DNA from: Trichosphaerium sp. ATCC 40318
Lineage: Eukaryota > Protista > Tubulinea
Assembly: GCA_038496445.1 (NCBI GenBank)
Contig: JALMLS010000322.1
Coordinates: 868,001-932,000 of the forward strand
DNA length: 64,000 nt
Direction of reading: 5' to 3'
Below, piece by piece: positions 1 through 13,687 of this stretch. Numbering within the stretch: position 1 is the first letter of the stretch; each line of letters starts with the position of its first letter. Under the pieces are notes generated by a model, which searched no databases, had not been told where the DNA came from, and was given only the letters and a program-made list of their open reading frames with translations. The position numbers and the translations under genes were made by a program.

Positions 1-1561
1 AATAGTTCACCGTTACGGAGAGCTCCTGAAGTAAAGAGTTGGTGATTTTTGTTTTAAAAGGAGACTCCGTTTTCTGTACCATAATTTACATCATTCTTTA
101 ACAGACATTGATCGGTTATGGAAGAGCATGTGTCCATATCGAACTCAGCAAACAGTTTGTTTTTAGCTGTGACAAAAACATCTCCGGTCTGTTCATCAAC
201 CATAATGCCATCATAAATAGAAGGAACGTCACAAGATTTAACCTTGAGAAAGAGTTAAAAAATCGGCTTTACCCAAAAGCAAACGTACAATTTCACAATT
301 GTAAGCGTTGACAGCGAACAATGATTTATCGGTCAAATACATAACACTTCTGAGTTGAGGACTGAATGACATTGCTTTTGCTGGTTCGAGAAGAGCAGTA
401 TTTGTACATCCTACACAAAGAAAATTTAGTTAACACTTTGTTCACATCTGCACGTGATTTCATATTTTATAAAAACCTTACCTGTGACTACAGTGTCTAC
501 ATCAAGTACAGAACGGATATCAAACCCAAAGTCATCTCTTCCGGTAGCCAAAGCGTTATCAATAAACAACATTGATGCCATTACTCTCTGACCAGGTGCT
601 AGCTGTGGTTCTACAACAGTGATTGTCAAGTCTGGAACACTCAATTGTCTGAAACCAGCAGCAGCGTCTACAAGTATTGTACTGCTGTCAAGAGCAGTCA
701 TGTCTAGTAGAAAGGTAAGGAGCGATCCCAAAACATAAAAAGAAATTCACAATTGTACCATCAATAAAAAACATGTTGTCAGGTGTGCCTGGTATGTTAC
801 TTGTTATTTGTTCTGAAGATGCAGTGATTGAACAATCTTGGTTTTGGAATCCAGAGATTTCATGAAAAGTTCTGTTGTCGTCTCCAATGTACAGAATGTT
901 ATTAACAACAACGCCTACCACAAACAAGTTAATACTTCTTCTATTATTTTTATCAAATATTCATCTCAAAGAACGAGTTAAAGGACATACCTGCTGTTGC
1001 AGTAACACCTGATAGACTGCAATGAAATTTCACTGTGCCAGCTTCAAAGTCATACAAAGATATACTGTCTTCATTCATGAGGTAGGTTTCGCCCGTGGCA
1101 GCATCAAAGAATCCACCAGCTGAGAAAAACGGAATGGTACCACCATTGCTTGCAATCTGAACAGAAATAAGTACAAAAAAAAAAGATATAACAATAAAAG
1201 AGTTATGTTCACTAACCCGAAATCTCTCACACGTGTGTGGGTCTATTATATTGATTCCAGTTTGACTCATTATGGCAACTCTATCAATAGTGGGTATGTG
1301 AAACATGTCAATGAAGGTAAACAATACATCACATTCTAAACAGTCGACTGTCAGTATTGTCTCTATGGCAAAGGAACAAATTGGAGGAGGATAACACGTA
1401 CGTTGCAAAAGTGCGCCTGAAACATCAATGATATCAATGCCACTTACTGGAGAATCTCGGGGAACTACTAAAGCATTGTTTGTTGGTTGAGCTGATACGA
1501 AAGTTACACTGAGTATTATCAAAATACATAGGTGATGATAGTAAGATGATGTTGAACGCAT
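1..1561 (-). CDS. Secreted multi-exon protein, possibly beta-propeller-like (copy A; 3' end runs off the window start)
   Basis: ATG 1561 gives signal peptide MRSTSSYYHHLCILIILSVTFVSAQ; exons match ORFs 953-1681, 688-927 and 426-731; same exon structure as paralog 9870-11698. Confidence 0.75.
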
Positions 1562-2066
1562 TTGGTTTGGAATTGTTGAAGAGGTGTTGCGAAGGAGCTT
1601 GTTGTTTTGGTTTATGGTAATTTGAGATGACAGGGGAAAAAGGTTTTCCCCGTTTTCATAATGTAGGTATTCATGTGACAATTTATTAACTTTATCATAC
1701 TTTAAAAACTAATTTAATATCGCTATCACGGTACCTGTAATATACAATGAGGTTTATGAGTACTTTGTTATTGTTTTATATGTGTTTTCCCGATATGTAA
1801 ATATCTATTTTAAAAGGTGTAACGCTTGATACAACGAGAGCGTTGAATTTGTGAATATTCCTTTATTCATACGACAAACAAATAACGTGATCACGTGTGA
1901 TATTGAAAGTACATAATATGGCATGCCTCTTAATAGAAATAGAAACACAATATGTTCTGAATTACAACGTGGGTACACGAGATAAACAACACCACCTGAA
2001 TTATTCAATTCACAAATTCAAAAAAAAAGAGTGTATGGCGACATTATCACTTGATTTCTCGAGAAA
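1..2066. repeat. Direct segmental duplication, copy 1 (copy 2 at about 10180-12211)
   Basis: Long near-identical blocks such as 775-1000 vs 10935-11150 and 1620-2066 vs 11760-12211; both copies end at ttgatttctcgagaaa. Confidence 0.95.
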
Positions 2067-2374
2067 CATTTGGTGTAACATCGCTATTTCAAATTATTCA
2101 AACATCTTATTATTCCAAGTCTTCTTGTATGGAATCACTCCAAAGCAAACAAATTTTTGAATATTTTTACACGTGATTGTTAAATGGGTGTTTTGTTCGA
2201 GCTTCACAGCTTGTATGAACAAGATAACCGTATGACAGAACAACACCAAGTGATGTATATCTGATACTACTACCTAACTAGGTTATCCCATTACGTTCTG
2301 CAATTCAAACATTGACGGGCTTAGTTTCTTGGTAAAGACAGACAAACAAAAGCAAACAACAGCTTTAGGACGAT

Positions 2375-2880
2375 TTATTCATTAGAAAGGATAGCCTCTT
2401 GTTGATCAAGTTCATCAATAATAGCTTCATATGCAAACTTTTCTTCAATCAATCTTGCATATAAATTCCTGAGGTAGTGTATTTCTGGAGGGATTATTTT
2501 CTAAATCTACTTGATTGTTTCCTCTATCTTGAGCTTTAGAACTCTTATTTGTTCTTCTTGAATGGCACTATGGATATCTTGTCTTGCTATCTTTGCTATG
2601 AGGTTGTTTCGCTGCCGTCTCATATGTCTGTAGTTTTTCCCAAGTTTTGAGCGTGTAGGTTGAGGTGTGATTGTTATAAATGATGTGATTGAAAAGCGAT
2701 TAAGTTTTATTTTTAGATTGATATTTGTCATAATCAACTTGTCAATCTGAGTGAGTGACATAAGATTGATGACTTTTGCCAATGGTTTAAACTTCATCAG
2801 TTATGTAAAGAATCAAGTAACAGAACATAGATTCCTGAGAAATTGGAAACACGAATAAGTATGAAATCTGGAAGTAATTC
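2375..2880 (-). pseudogene. Degenerate basic coiled-coil (bZIP-like) gene, inverted copy of 6730-7280
   Basis: Reverse complement of 2670-2800 is nearly identical to 6810-6945; lacks the ATG segment of the other copy; two in-frame TAGs precede about 30 more open codons. Confidence 0.6.
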
Positions 2881-3230
2881 ATAGCCAGCCCTATGAAAAG
2901 AAGTTGCAACCTTGCAAAACAGTAGTTTTATCAATCAAAAAACAAACCATTTGAATACGAATAAGATAACCGGAAATGGTATGAAGGTTCTCTACTACGT
3001 GATCCTGGGATCGAACCGTAGTGAGACATATTCTCCTATAGGGTGGTATTGTAGAAAGACAGAAACGCATGAATCTAGCTTTGTGCCAAAATTGTGGGAA
3101 CGCAATTTTTTGTGAATGAGCTGTTAGACGCTTTCTAAAATTTTCCAGAAAGCTACTTGTTATCTCAACAAAGTTTGAACAAGAGGCAAAAGAATAAAAA
3201 TTGTTTTATCTTAATAATTTCCAAATGATA

Positions 3231-5195
3231 TCACTGTGAGGTAGTGTCCATAATACCCATTGATGTAGAAAATTGGTTTGGCATTTTGCTTGAAGGTCCA
3301 GCCTTCTCTGATTTTGATGGAATCTTAAACGCAGCAATTTGACAAATACTATTCAACGTGTCAAGATTCTAATAATTTTGCAAAATTTCAAAACAAAAAT
3401 GTTAAAAGGTACCTTGACACTGTTAAACTCATGTATACTATTGCCCATATGAAAATGTAACTGAAAGGGTGTTTGAACGATTGATCTGTAGTGAATCCAG
3501 CACCAATAGAGATGACAGCAACCATTTGAAAAACCCCACTTGCAACAATAAAAGCAGTTGCCTTAATGTAAAAAAAAGTAAGTCACAATTGAGCGGTAAT
3601 AAAAAAGTCACAACCATGTACCTTTACTAGTCTGTCCGTCATTGGATTAGAATCATCTCTCAAAGAGTTCAGCATTCTGTAAACTTTAAATCCACCGTAA
3701 AAAAAACCCAACAAGAAGATTGCACCTACAGAGAAGTAGAGCATTGCCAAGATGTACCAAAGCATAACAGTTCCAACCTGTTTATGTAAGTACTTTGCAT
3801 CGCATAAGATTGATGTTTATTACCTTATAACTTCGTAGTATGCTTGATATTAAATCAACAAGAAATATAACAGGACAAAAGATGAAGAAAGGTATCCTGA
3901 ATCTTCCAAGAAATGGCAATATTTTTACACTTGATTGTGTTGTTAGTTCATGCCTGTAATGAAGTATGAGTGGTTTTATTAGTAGAGTCATCTTCGTATT
4001 GTACCAATATAAAGCAATCAACATTGTTGTCATTACAGCAAAAGGATAAGACATCGTGAGAAGAATATTTGCTGGTATATACGTGATAACCCGCCTAATG
4101 TAGTTTAAAAGCAACACATTACACAAATAGTACCTGCTCCATACGGGATCTATAGTACAATAAACAGCCCGAATAAGATTGCCTACTATAGTAAGAGATA
4201 TCATAATCATACCGATGTTCAAACGAAAGCCCTAGAGGTCAAATAGTTAACAAAAATCAAATTATCAAATAAGACTTGGAACTTACAGAAACTCTAGTAA
4301 TGGCGAGTATTTTATATACACCATACGCAAGTGCAATCCAAGCAGATCCACCAACAATAAGAGAGAAGGGTACCATGAAAGCGTTGTTACCAAGGTAGTC
4401 TTCCCAAGTGTTATGCTCTTGATATTGATCAGGATAAGTTTCACAGTAATATCTCGACATACCGTTTAACCCGATCTCAATTACTAATGTCTCGTTTGCG
4501 CTCATAGACGCCATTATCTTTTCAATATCTTTTGCTGCAAGAAGGCCTATCTCAAAAGCAGGAAACCTTTTTCAAAAATAAGTGTTTTCTTCCCAAAGCA
4601 TTGTGGTTTCGTACTTCCCAATTGTCGACGATAGATCCCTGTGAGTTATCAGAAATGCGCCATATCCAGGGAGGTTGGCTATAATACGTAAAGAACCAAA
4701 ATGGGCAAAACCTCTTCGACAAATTGGATTGGTTTTTGTACGTACTGTTGACTCTAAAGAGAGTAACGAGTCCGATGGCACCTCTCCTTTGCATCTCCAA
4801 TGCTATGTCGTCTTGTATTTCGTCATCATTATCAGATTGTATAGCCTCCAGCACAATTCTATAAACCGGTTTAGAGCAGGTTTATGAAAGTCAAACTACG
4901 AGTTTAGTGCACTGAACTTACCTTCCAGTAACGTTCAAAGATTTTTCTGATACCAACTCTGCTGTCCAGGTATTATTAGGGAACTCTGTACCACCTATAA
5001 ACGGTATACGAGGTGCGTTGTATGTCTACGTAATAAATTAACAGAAAAACACAAATTGTTTGCCAATAGATTATCCCCACGTGACAACAAGCTTATGGTA
5101 CTTACTTTTCCGTAAAATCGATCTGGTTTTATTATTGTAAGCGCACGGCATGTCATAAAATATGTAAAGATAAACAATATCACGTGGTTACGCAT
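3231..5195 (-). CDS. Signal peptide + PA-like domain + multi-TM (GPCR-like) protein, copy 1
   Basis: Exons read MRNHVILFIFTYFMTCRAL, DDIALEMQRRGAIGLVTL, several hydrophobic helices and TGA at 3231; paralog at 38495-40478. Confidence 0.75.
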
Positions 5196-5392
5196 TTTAT
5201 AAGGTTAACACTTGTTTTGCTGCTACTGGCTTAACAATATTTGAATAAAGTGAAAAACTTTCATCGAAAAAAAGCACAAACTCACGTAAAAAAAACACAT
5301 GACAATTCCGTTAACATAAATGTGTTTAAGTAAACGATAAGGAAGAAACATTGGTGGTTTGCTGACACATTGTGATGGTATTTTATAGTGCA

Positions 5393-6644
5393 CTACATGG
5401 TTTTATGCCAAGCCTTTAATTGCAATGCAAATTGAGGATTTGGTCGAATACATGCTCTCTTCTTTCTGACATGCTTTAACGCTTCCCTAATATTATTAAG
5501 CCGACGTTTCTTTCCTCGAAAAATACACAACGTACATATATGTTAAACCAACACTCTTCATCCCATACGCTATCTGCAACACCATTAAAATAAATAAAAA
5601 AAAAAAGAATCTTCGTACTGCTACTGAACCACTTCTTGAGATTCCAGATGCACTAGTATTAATGAGTACATAAGCGTTAATAATTCTAGCTACCAGTGAA
5701 TGAAGATATTGCTTTCTTTGATAGCAAGTGCGTTGTCAATGAATTCTACGCAGTCGTCCAAAATCGGCGTTATATCAGTTTTTAGACTATCAGTTACATT
5801 CACTTTTTTATACATGAATGACTTAGCACGTCAGTATAATACTAAACGTATTACCACTTACCTTCGGAAATGATGGCAGCACTTTACCATTGACGTTTAC
5901 AATATGTGTTATCTTGAAATCAAGTTAGATGCGGAAACTGTTTCTTTTCCTCATTCGTACTTTTTTCTTATTGAGCAACTTCTCGTTTTGAGCATGTGAT
6001 TGTGTCCCAACGAACACTCTTGGGAAAACACTTACAAATGCTTCCATGTTATGTACAATATGTAGTCGCTAAACCAACGTCATCATCACCTGGTAGGAGT
6101 TGCTACGACTTACTTCGTTTTTCAGCAAAGAATCAGGAATACTATCAATTGGGTTGTTTTCAAGAACTGTAAAGCGTTTGTTTTAACTGGTATACTGTTT
6201 TTTTAAGCGCTTACCTATGTACAGTAGCTCAGGCATGTTTCCAAACTCTGGATGAACTGTTTTTAGATTATTGTCGTTTAAAGACAATTCAACGAGTTTG
6301 GAGCATTGTGTTAGAGTTAATGGGAGCGATTCTATGCAATTATATTGCGCAGAAAGTGCGTTAAGGTTGGTTAGCATGTTAATGCCTTTAGGGAGCGTTT
6401 TTAGGCTGTTGTGATCTAGGTATAGCGATTTTAGATTGCTCATCGCGTTTAAAGAGGGTAGAACAGAAATCTTGTTATAATTAAGCACAAGCGTTGTTAA
6501 ACATCCTAGGTGTATAGAATGCAGTAACGGCTTTGGTAACGCGTTCAAATTCTTTTTTTTTAAGAACAGTGCTCCTTTCTTTATTGGGTAGGTAGTGTTG
6601 TCGATTACTACTATTTTGGGTTCATCAGCGTTTGTTGTGGCCAT
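5393..6644 (-). CDS. LRR-containing dual-specificity phosphatase
   Basis: LRR exon 6183-6644; spliced downstream exons give NIFIHCASGISRSGSVA (HCxxGxxR intact) and EALKHVRKKRACIRPNPQFALQLKAW. Confidence 0.9.
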
Positions 6645-6956
6645 TGCTTGCTGTGTTCACAGAAATTCTGACAGCATATTTTAAATAAGCACTTAAATTT
6701 TTGTTGTTCCAATAATGGCACCGGTGTCTTGCTTCCGGATTTCATACTTAGCCATACTACTAATTTCACAGCCATGTATTTGTGCCGTTACGGCTTCTTA
6801 GTGTCTATCTGATGAAGGTTAAACCATTGGCAAGAGTCATACAATTGATCTTATGCTACACTCAGATTGACAAGATTGATTATGACAAATATCAATCTAA
6901 AAATAAAACTTAATCGCTTTTCAATCACATCATTTATAACAATCAACACCACCAAC

Positions 6957-7211
6957 ATGCCTAAGCGCTCAACACCAATGAACAGGAAACAAACCAAATG
7001 CCCACTTCAATTGATGCCCATACGCCCAAAACTTGGAAAAAAGTACAGGCATATGAGACAGCACCGAAACAACCTCATAGCAAAGCTAGCAAGACGTTAT
7101 ATAACGATTTCCGTTCTGGAAGAACGAAACAGAGTTCTAGAGCTTAAGCTAAAGGCAATCAACATAAAAATCGATCAGAATTCTGCAAAACAATCTCCAC
7201 AAATGACCTAG
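6957..7211 (+). CDS. Short basic-region/leucine-zipper-like ORF (possibly pseudogenised)
   Basis: KYRHMRQHRNNLIAKLARR followed by heptads LEERNRVLELKLKAI; its stop TAG aligns with TAC in the inverted copy, and downstream homology is frameshifted. Confidence 0.4.
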   Translation: MPKRSTPMNRKQTKCPLQLMPIRPKLGKKYRHMRQHRNNLIAKLARRYITISVLEERNRVLELKLKAINIKIDQNSAKQSPQMT

Positions 7212-7619
7212 CTTAGGAAATTGTACAAGGTTGATTGAAGATAATTTCATATGACGTTATTATTGATTACCTTGAGCAGTGTAATGATAGAAAGACAACC
7301 TTTTTAACGCAGATGTAACAGCTATCCATACAATTCATAAACAAACTCCATCTTCTTCGATGAATCATATCCTGGTTAATACTGTCGTAATGGTTGGTTT
7401 CAATTAACCAATGTAAATATCACAACCCTTTAATAAGGTAATAATAACCTGCAAAGTAAGATGCTTTCTCTGAACTCATCAATGCTTGCATAGTAGCAGC
7501 AATTCATAGTGTGGGGTTCACATAATGTTTGTATTCAAACTTTGGTACAGACAAAGCATTACGGTATTCATATGATAGTCCAAATTCTCATAAAATGTCT
7601 TTTTCATTCCAAATCACGT

Positions 7620-9583
7620 TTATTTTTTTGGTATTGTGAAATTAGTTTGTATGTCTAGGCATGGCCTTGAACGTTTTGCTTGGTGTACATGATCAGGTGA
7701 TATGCGCTGGTATCCGCGGATATTTATTTGCCTAGTATTGATAAGGAAATGACATTGTGAATGAAGAAACAAAAAAAAAAAGAGTCACAAAGTAATCGAA
7801 GACCACTCATTAAAAAAGATCAAGTACCTCAGTTCAACAAAGCTATTAACAATGTGGTATAAGCTTGCATCTGTAAGCTTATTACATTGCTTGACATTTA
7901 ATTGTTCAAGTCTTGGTAATGAGGACAATGCCTATAAAAAACCCAAAAAAGTTAGAAGATGTCTAGACAACTTATTATCTTTTCTTTTTCTTCATGTACC
8001 TCAATACCTACATCAGTAATGCACTTGCACTTCCTAAGATTGAGTGATCTGAGATTCAAACACCTTATGGATAGTTTCCTCAGAGTGTCTGTAACCAAAT
8101 AACATTAGTGTATTGTACATAAATAAAAAGCAGAATCTGTTTAAAGTATCACAACAAACAATGTACGGCTTTAAAAGCCTTTGCACATTATTCACTGTGA
8201 TAAAGTATTATAAAGTCTCCTGCGAGTAGGGTTTTTCAAGAAACTAAACGATGGACAAGGCAGAATAAAACGAAACAAAGATATATTGTCAATCCATATG
8301 AAATTTGATTCGTACCATCTGATATGAAACATTCATCAATCTCCAAGATTTCTATCTCTGTGCAAGCACGTGTAAGTATATCAATACCCTTATCTGTTAT
8401 GTCTTTATTACGCCCACATTTGAGTATTTTCAATTTCTTACAAAACAAAGAAATACCCCTTTTGAGTACGATTAGTGTCACATAGCCAGCGTATTAAGAG
8501 TACCTTAGGGCCAGGTCTGTAAGAGACCAACAACCTGAAATATCTATTGTTGTCACGTGTGTGGTTTTTGAGAGAACTTTTGCTAGACCTGAAGAGTAGA
8601 GTTAAATAATGAAGCACTCAATCGTACCGTCTTTGGTGTTTCAACCAAAATATTAAAGTCACTCACTTCGTACTTATAGCTATCTACCTTTGTTTGTAAG
8701 CCAGCGACATTGGTAAACTAACAACTCCTGGAGGTTCACTAGTTCGCATTGCAACATTAACAAAGGGTCCAATCGACGACATTCGGTCCATGATACATCA
8801 AGTACTTCCATAGTACTTTTCACATTTTCTTGTTTAACTAAACACGTGATATCAGTTTTAGTCACGTTTTTGACACTTGATAAAATACGTACAATCAAGA
8901 AGATTCGATAAGCTCCCACCACGCCATCCACAGAGGTGTAAGGATCGGAGGTTTGTCCAACAAAACGTTTTTAGACATTCGGTTACTAAGTTGATAAGCA
9001 ATGTCGTACTAAGCTAGAACGCGAACCTGTAATGTTCTTGCAGTAGCTGAGATCAAGGGTAGTTATATTGGAAGGTAAGAAAGCCTTTCCTAATGGAATT
9101 CGCGGTGGCAGTTGAGATTTGGATAGATTCAAGTAGAGAAGGCGCGATAGTGCCTTGAGCGCGTCAATGACCTCTGTTGTTACCTTCAATGATATCAATA
9201 CAATACATCAATGCTATTCGACGCACTTTCATCCCATTGAGAGTCAGTCGCTCTAATTGTGCTTTGTTGTTTAATAGCACATCTCTTAATGCGTCAGAAG
9301 CGTTCTTTACTTTATTCAAGTGTAATTCTCGCAGTTCGCGTTGATTGCGAAGTAGTTTAACGCTGAATGGCGAATTACACTCAAACAACTCAATTGTTTC
9401 AAATTCACAAGCCATAAATGATTGCAGCGCGCCAGGTTGTGCTTGAAACTTGCCATTGGAGTTAAAATGTTGGAATATCGAAGAGAATACGTTTAACGGC
9501 ATTTTTGAGGCGTCAAATAGAGCGTCATGGCCTTCTAGCGCTACTATACAGTGTTCTTGTAGTGTTGGAATTGGCAATGCCAT
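7620..9583 (-). CDS. Multi-exon CC/AMN1-type LRR protein with N-terminal BC-box-like motif
   Basis: MALPIPTLQEHC start; LRR exons LDLSYCKNIT, LDVSWTEC, ILEIDECFISD; last exon ends FTIPKK*. Confidence 0.8.
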
Positions 9584-9869
9584 CAGGTGTTGCTTTTGTT
9601 GAGGTCTCAACACTTAAACCCTAGTCACGTTAGTCACGTGCACTTAATTACATGTTTCTTAAAACGGCAATGAGTGTATATGAGATTGTAAATTACATCA
9701 GGTGAGTCCAACTAGCATGTGGGTTCCTTCATGACTATTTTACTTTATTAAAGTCTACACTTACAAGACGCAATAAACGCCGTTCTAGGTAATTCACACA
9801 AAATAGTAATACTTCATACAGTTTGTATAAACAGAGCTACATTATAACGAATTCACTGCTTTCACAAAA

Positions 9870-11698
9870 CTAGATTTCCGGATTGAATAGAAAACCTGCT
9901 ATTGCTAAACCTGTGTTTCCAACTGTTCCAAGGAGTGTAGATACACGAGAGGCTATATCTATCTTATGTACTCTACCGTCATTGCAGGTGTATGCCAGTG
10001 CATCGTCGGTGCAGTAGGTTAGATCTACTTGAATGTGAGACAAAATTTGTATCAAAATAAATGGTGTTTCTTGTGACATACCTTGGATGTTGCATTCTAA
10101 GATAATACTACTGGTACTTTGCTCACATTGCCCTTCTGTAAAGCCATTAATTCTCCTTACGCCTGAGCCGCTACCAAAAAATAGTCGGCCATCGCGGAGA
10201 GCTCCTTCAGAAAAGTTAGTTGTTGCAGTTTTAGGGTTGGTTTTCTGTACCAAAGTTTTTCGTAAGGCGTAGCCGACAAGGCTTGGCTTTGAACGAACAT
10301 GTGTCCATATCGACATCAAGAGCCATTCTATTTTCTGCTGTAGCAAACACATCTCCGGTTTGTTCATCAACCATTATGGCATCAATATTAGAAGGAATGT
10401 CACAAGATTTAACCTTGAGAAAGAGTTAAAAAATCGCCTTTACCCAAAAGTAAAACGTACAATTTCACAATTGAAAGCGTTGACAGCAAACAATGATTTA
10501 TCGGTCAAATACATAACACTTCTAAGTTGAGGACTGAATGACATTGCTTTTGCTGGTTCGAGAAGAGCAGTATTTGTACATCCTACACGAAGAAAATTAG
10601 TTAACCTTCTAGCACGTGATTTCATATTAAATAACCTTACCTGCGACTACAGTGTCTAAATCAAATACAGGTCGGATATCAAACCCAAAGTCACTTCTTC
10701 CAGTTGCCAAAACGTCACCAACACCGTCAAAGAAAAACATTGATGCCAAAACTCTGTCACCAGGTGGTATTGGTAGTTCTGTAACAGTGATTGTCATATC
10801 TGGAATACTCAACCGTCTGAAACCAAAATTAGCTTCAACGAGTATTGTCCTGTTGTCAAGAGCGGTCATGGCTAGTAGAACTAAGGTAAGAGAACAGCCT
10901 TAAATACAAAAAACAATGTACCATTTACAGCAAACCTGTTGTCAGGTGTGCCTGGTATGTTACTTGTTATTTGTTCTGAAGATGCAGTGATTGAACAATC
11001 TTGGTTTTGGAATCCAGAGATTTCGTGAAAAGTTCTGTTGTCGTCTCCAATGTACAGAATGTTATTAACAACAATGCCTACCACAAAGAGTTAATACTTC
11101 TTCGATTATTGTTATCAAATATTCATCTCAAAGAACGAGTTAAAGGACTTACCTGCTCTTGCAGAAACGCCTGATAGACTGCAGTGAAATTTGAATGATC
11201 CTTCTTCAACATCATACGATGATATACTGTCTTCATTCATGACGTAGGTTGTTTGTGTGGTGTCATCAAAGAATCCACCAGCTGAGAAAAAAGGAATGGT
11301 ACCCTCAGTGCTCTGAAAGGAATATTAGCAAAAAAAGAGCCTAAAAGAATACGATGCTAACCTGAATCGTCTCACAAGTTGATGGATCTACTATCGCAAA
11401 CGAGAAATCAGTCATCACCGCCAGCTTATTGATTGTGGGTATGTGGAATAAATCAATAAACGGGTCTTGGAGTTTGTCGCAGACTAAAAAAACTCCAAAG
11501 TCAGTGTTATAAAATTCAAAATAAAAAACAATCTGAAGATGCTGTACCTTTCAGTACTTGGCCAGAAAGAAGAGTGATTTGAATCCCTCTTGGAATATGA
11601 AAGCCTATAACAGCATTTTTTGGTTGTGAAGCTGATACGAAAGTTACACTGAGTATTATCAAAATACACAGGTGATAGTAAGATGATGTTGAAAGCAT
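9870..11698 (-). CDS. Secreted multi-exon protein, copy B
   Basis: Signal peptide MLSTSSYYHLCILIILSVTFVSAS; the exons checked join in frame to GFLFNPEI*; paralog of 1-1561. Confidence 0.75.
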
Positions 11699-12211
11699 TT
11701 GGTATGGAATTATTGAAGAGGTGTTGCGAAAGTGTTTGGTTGTTTCGCTTTATGGTTTGTTTAGATGAAAGGGGAAAAAGGTTTTCCCCGTTTTCATAAT
11801 GTAGGTATTCATGTGACAGTTTATTAACTTTATCACATACTTTAAAAACTAATTATATCGCTATCATGGTGGCTGTAATATACAATGAGGTTTATGAATA
11901 CAATGTTATTGTTCGGTATGTGTTTTCCCGATATGTAAATTGGCTGTGATATCTATTTTAAAAGGTGTACTAACGTTTGATACAACGAGAGCGTTGAATT
12001 TGTGAATATTCCTTTATTCATACGACAAACAAATAACGTGATCACGTGTGATATTGAAAGTACATAATATGGCATGCCTCTTATAAAAACACAATATGTT
12101 TTCTGAACTACAACGTGGGTACACGAGATAAACAACAACACCTGAATTATTCAATTCACAAATTCAAAAAAAAGAGTGTATGGCGACATTATCACTTGAT
12201 TTCTCGAGAAA
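10180..12211. repeat. Direct segmental duplication, copy 2
   Basis: Matches 1-2066, including introns and upstream DNA. Confidence 0.95.
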
Positions 12212-12492
12212 AGTTTGTGAAATCATCTTACGTCACCAAGTTCATAGTACTAGTGTGATGTAGCTACAAATTAGAGCAGCGTATTAAAAGTATAACCATC
12301 ACGTTTTAGCTCCAACAACAAAGATAATGCACTCGGTTGTGGGCATGTTGTAGGTGGTGTCCAACATGACAGCATTGCTTAGCACAAATATGAGCAACAA
12401 TTGACGCCATAAAAACTATGACGGCCGTCACCAAAATGAAAGAATAGGTTGTATTATAAACTCGTTTTATTTAATGACAAACTGTCCCCTAA

Positions 12493-13687
12493 TTAATATC
12501 TGCGTATAACATTTTGTGTACCAATCAAAGCCTTTACACCATCATCTGTAATATTAGTCCCACTTATATCAATAGTATGAACACCCACAAGAGCTTTGAT
12601 GCCTTCATCAGTAATCTTTTTACATCCCTCAAGATTAATCCAATGTACACCTGCTAAAGCTTTGATGCCTTCATTCGTAACTTCTGTACAACGTTGTATA
12701 CTAATCGTATGTACACCAGAAAGCGCTTTAACACCAGTATCATTAAGTGATCGACAACCATAGAATCTAACAGTATGTACACCTGCTAGAGCAATAGCGC
12801 TATTATTAGTGACTTTACAAGACTCGAGCCCAATATTACGGACACCTCCTTCAGCTAATACCTTGACACCTACATCTGTTATATTGGTACTAGTCGCATC
12901 TATTGTATGAACGCCTTTAAGAGGTATTATACCCTCATCTCCTACAAAATAACATTTTCTTAAATAAATAGTGTGAACTCCTGCCAACTCTTTTACGCCT
13001 TTGTTGGTTACGTTTGTTTCTGATAAGTTGATTGTATGAACACCAGATAATGCTGCTACCCCAACATCTGTTATTTTCTCACAATAAGCAAGCTCTATGG
13101 TATGTACACCGGCCATTGCAGTAACAACATCATCAGAAATATTTTGAGAGAAAAACGAGATTCGTTTGATACCAGCGAGATCCTTGATTATTGACTGTGG
13201 AGATCGTATACCTACTGCCGATTTTAAGACCCTGGAGAATTTTTTACATCCTTTAATGAATGGTGCTTCATGATCAAAGATCATGCTGTATTGCTTCTTA
13301 AAACACTCCAAAGCGGTACAATTTACATATGTATTCTCTTTTAATGCTTTTTGCTTCAAAATCACGTGTACGTCTGAAATATGCTTCAATTTTAACCTGT
13401 TGTAACCAACGACATTGTGAACAATATCTTTCATAAGTTGACAGGTACTAGCAATGGTGAAACGGCCTGCTGATAATGAACGCACTATTTTAACTACCAA
13501 TTCCACTGGTAAGCTTACAAGACTCGAAGGCGAACTCTCAGTACGACTATTGGGACATTAGTTTCATTTCAACAAATTTAGCTCCAATAGGCCAAAAACG
13601 CTCGTCTAAGGAGAGACTTATGCGCGTAGTAATAAGAAATGGCGTAAAACCGTTTTAAACTTATTTGTACCTATTCTTGTCGCTCAT
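12493..13687 (-). CDS. F-box + short-LRR (GVHTI) protein
   Basis: Short first exon MSDKNS (ATG 13687, GTACAA donor) spliced to F-box LVSLPVELVVKI..TC; about 10 intron-free ALxGVHTIxLxxCxxITDxG repeats. Confidence 0.88.

Noticed and set aside
1633-1651. GGGGAAAA-AGG-TTTTCCCC hairpin (also at 11771-11789)
   Set aside because: Its conservation is explained by the recent duplication; no independent support
2498-2509. In-frame TAGs suggesting stop-codon reassignment
   Set aside because: The conserved genes checked contain no internal TAG and several end in TAG; pseudogenisation explains these
2995-3080. GGTTCGATCC B-box/T-loop on the minus strand (tRNA or SINE)
   Set aside because: The T-stem does not pair and no cloverleaf forms
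3782-4514. Stop-free 3n introns read through in the ORF track
   Set aside because: They have normal splice signals, and most are not kept in frame in the paralog
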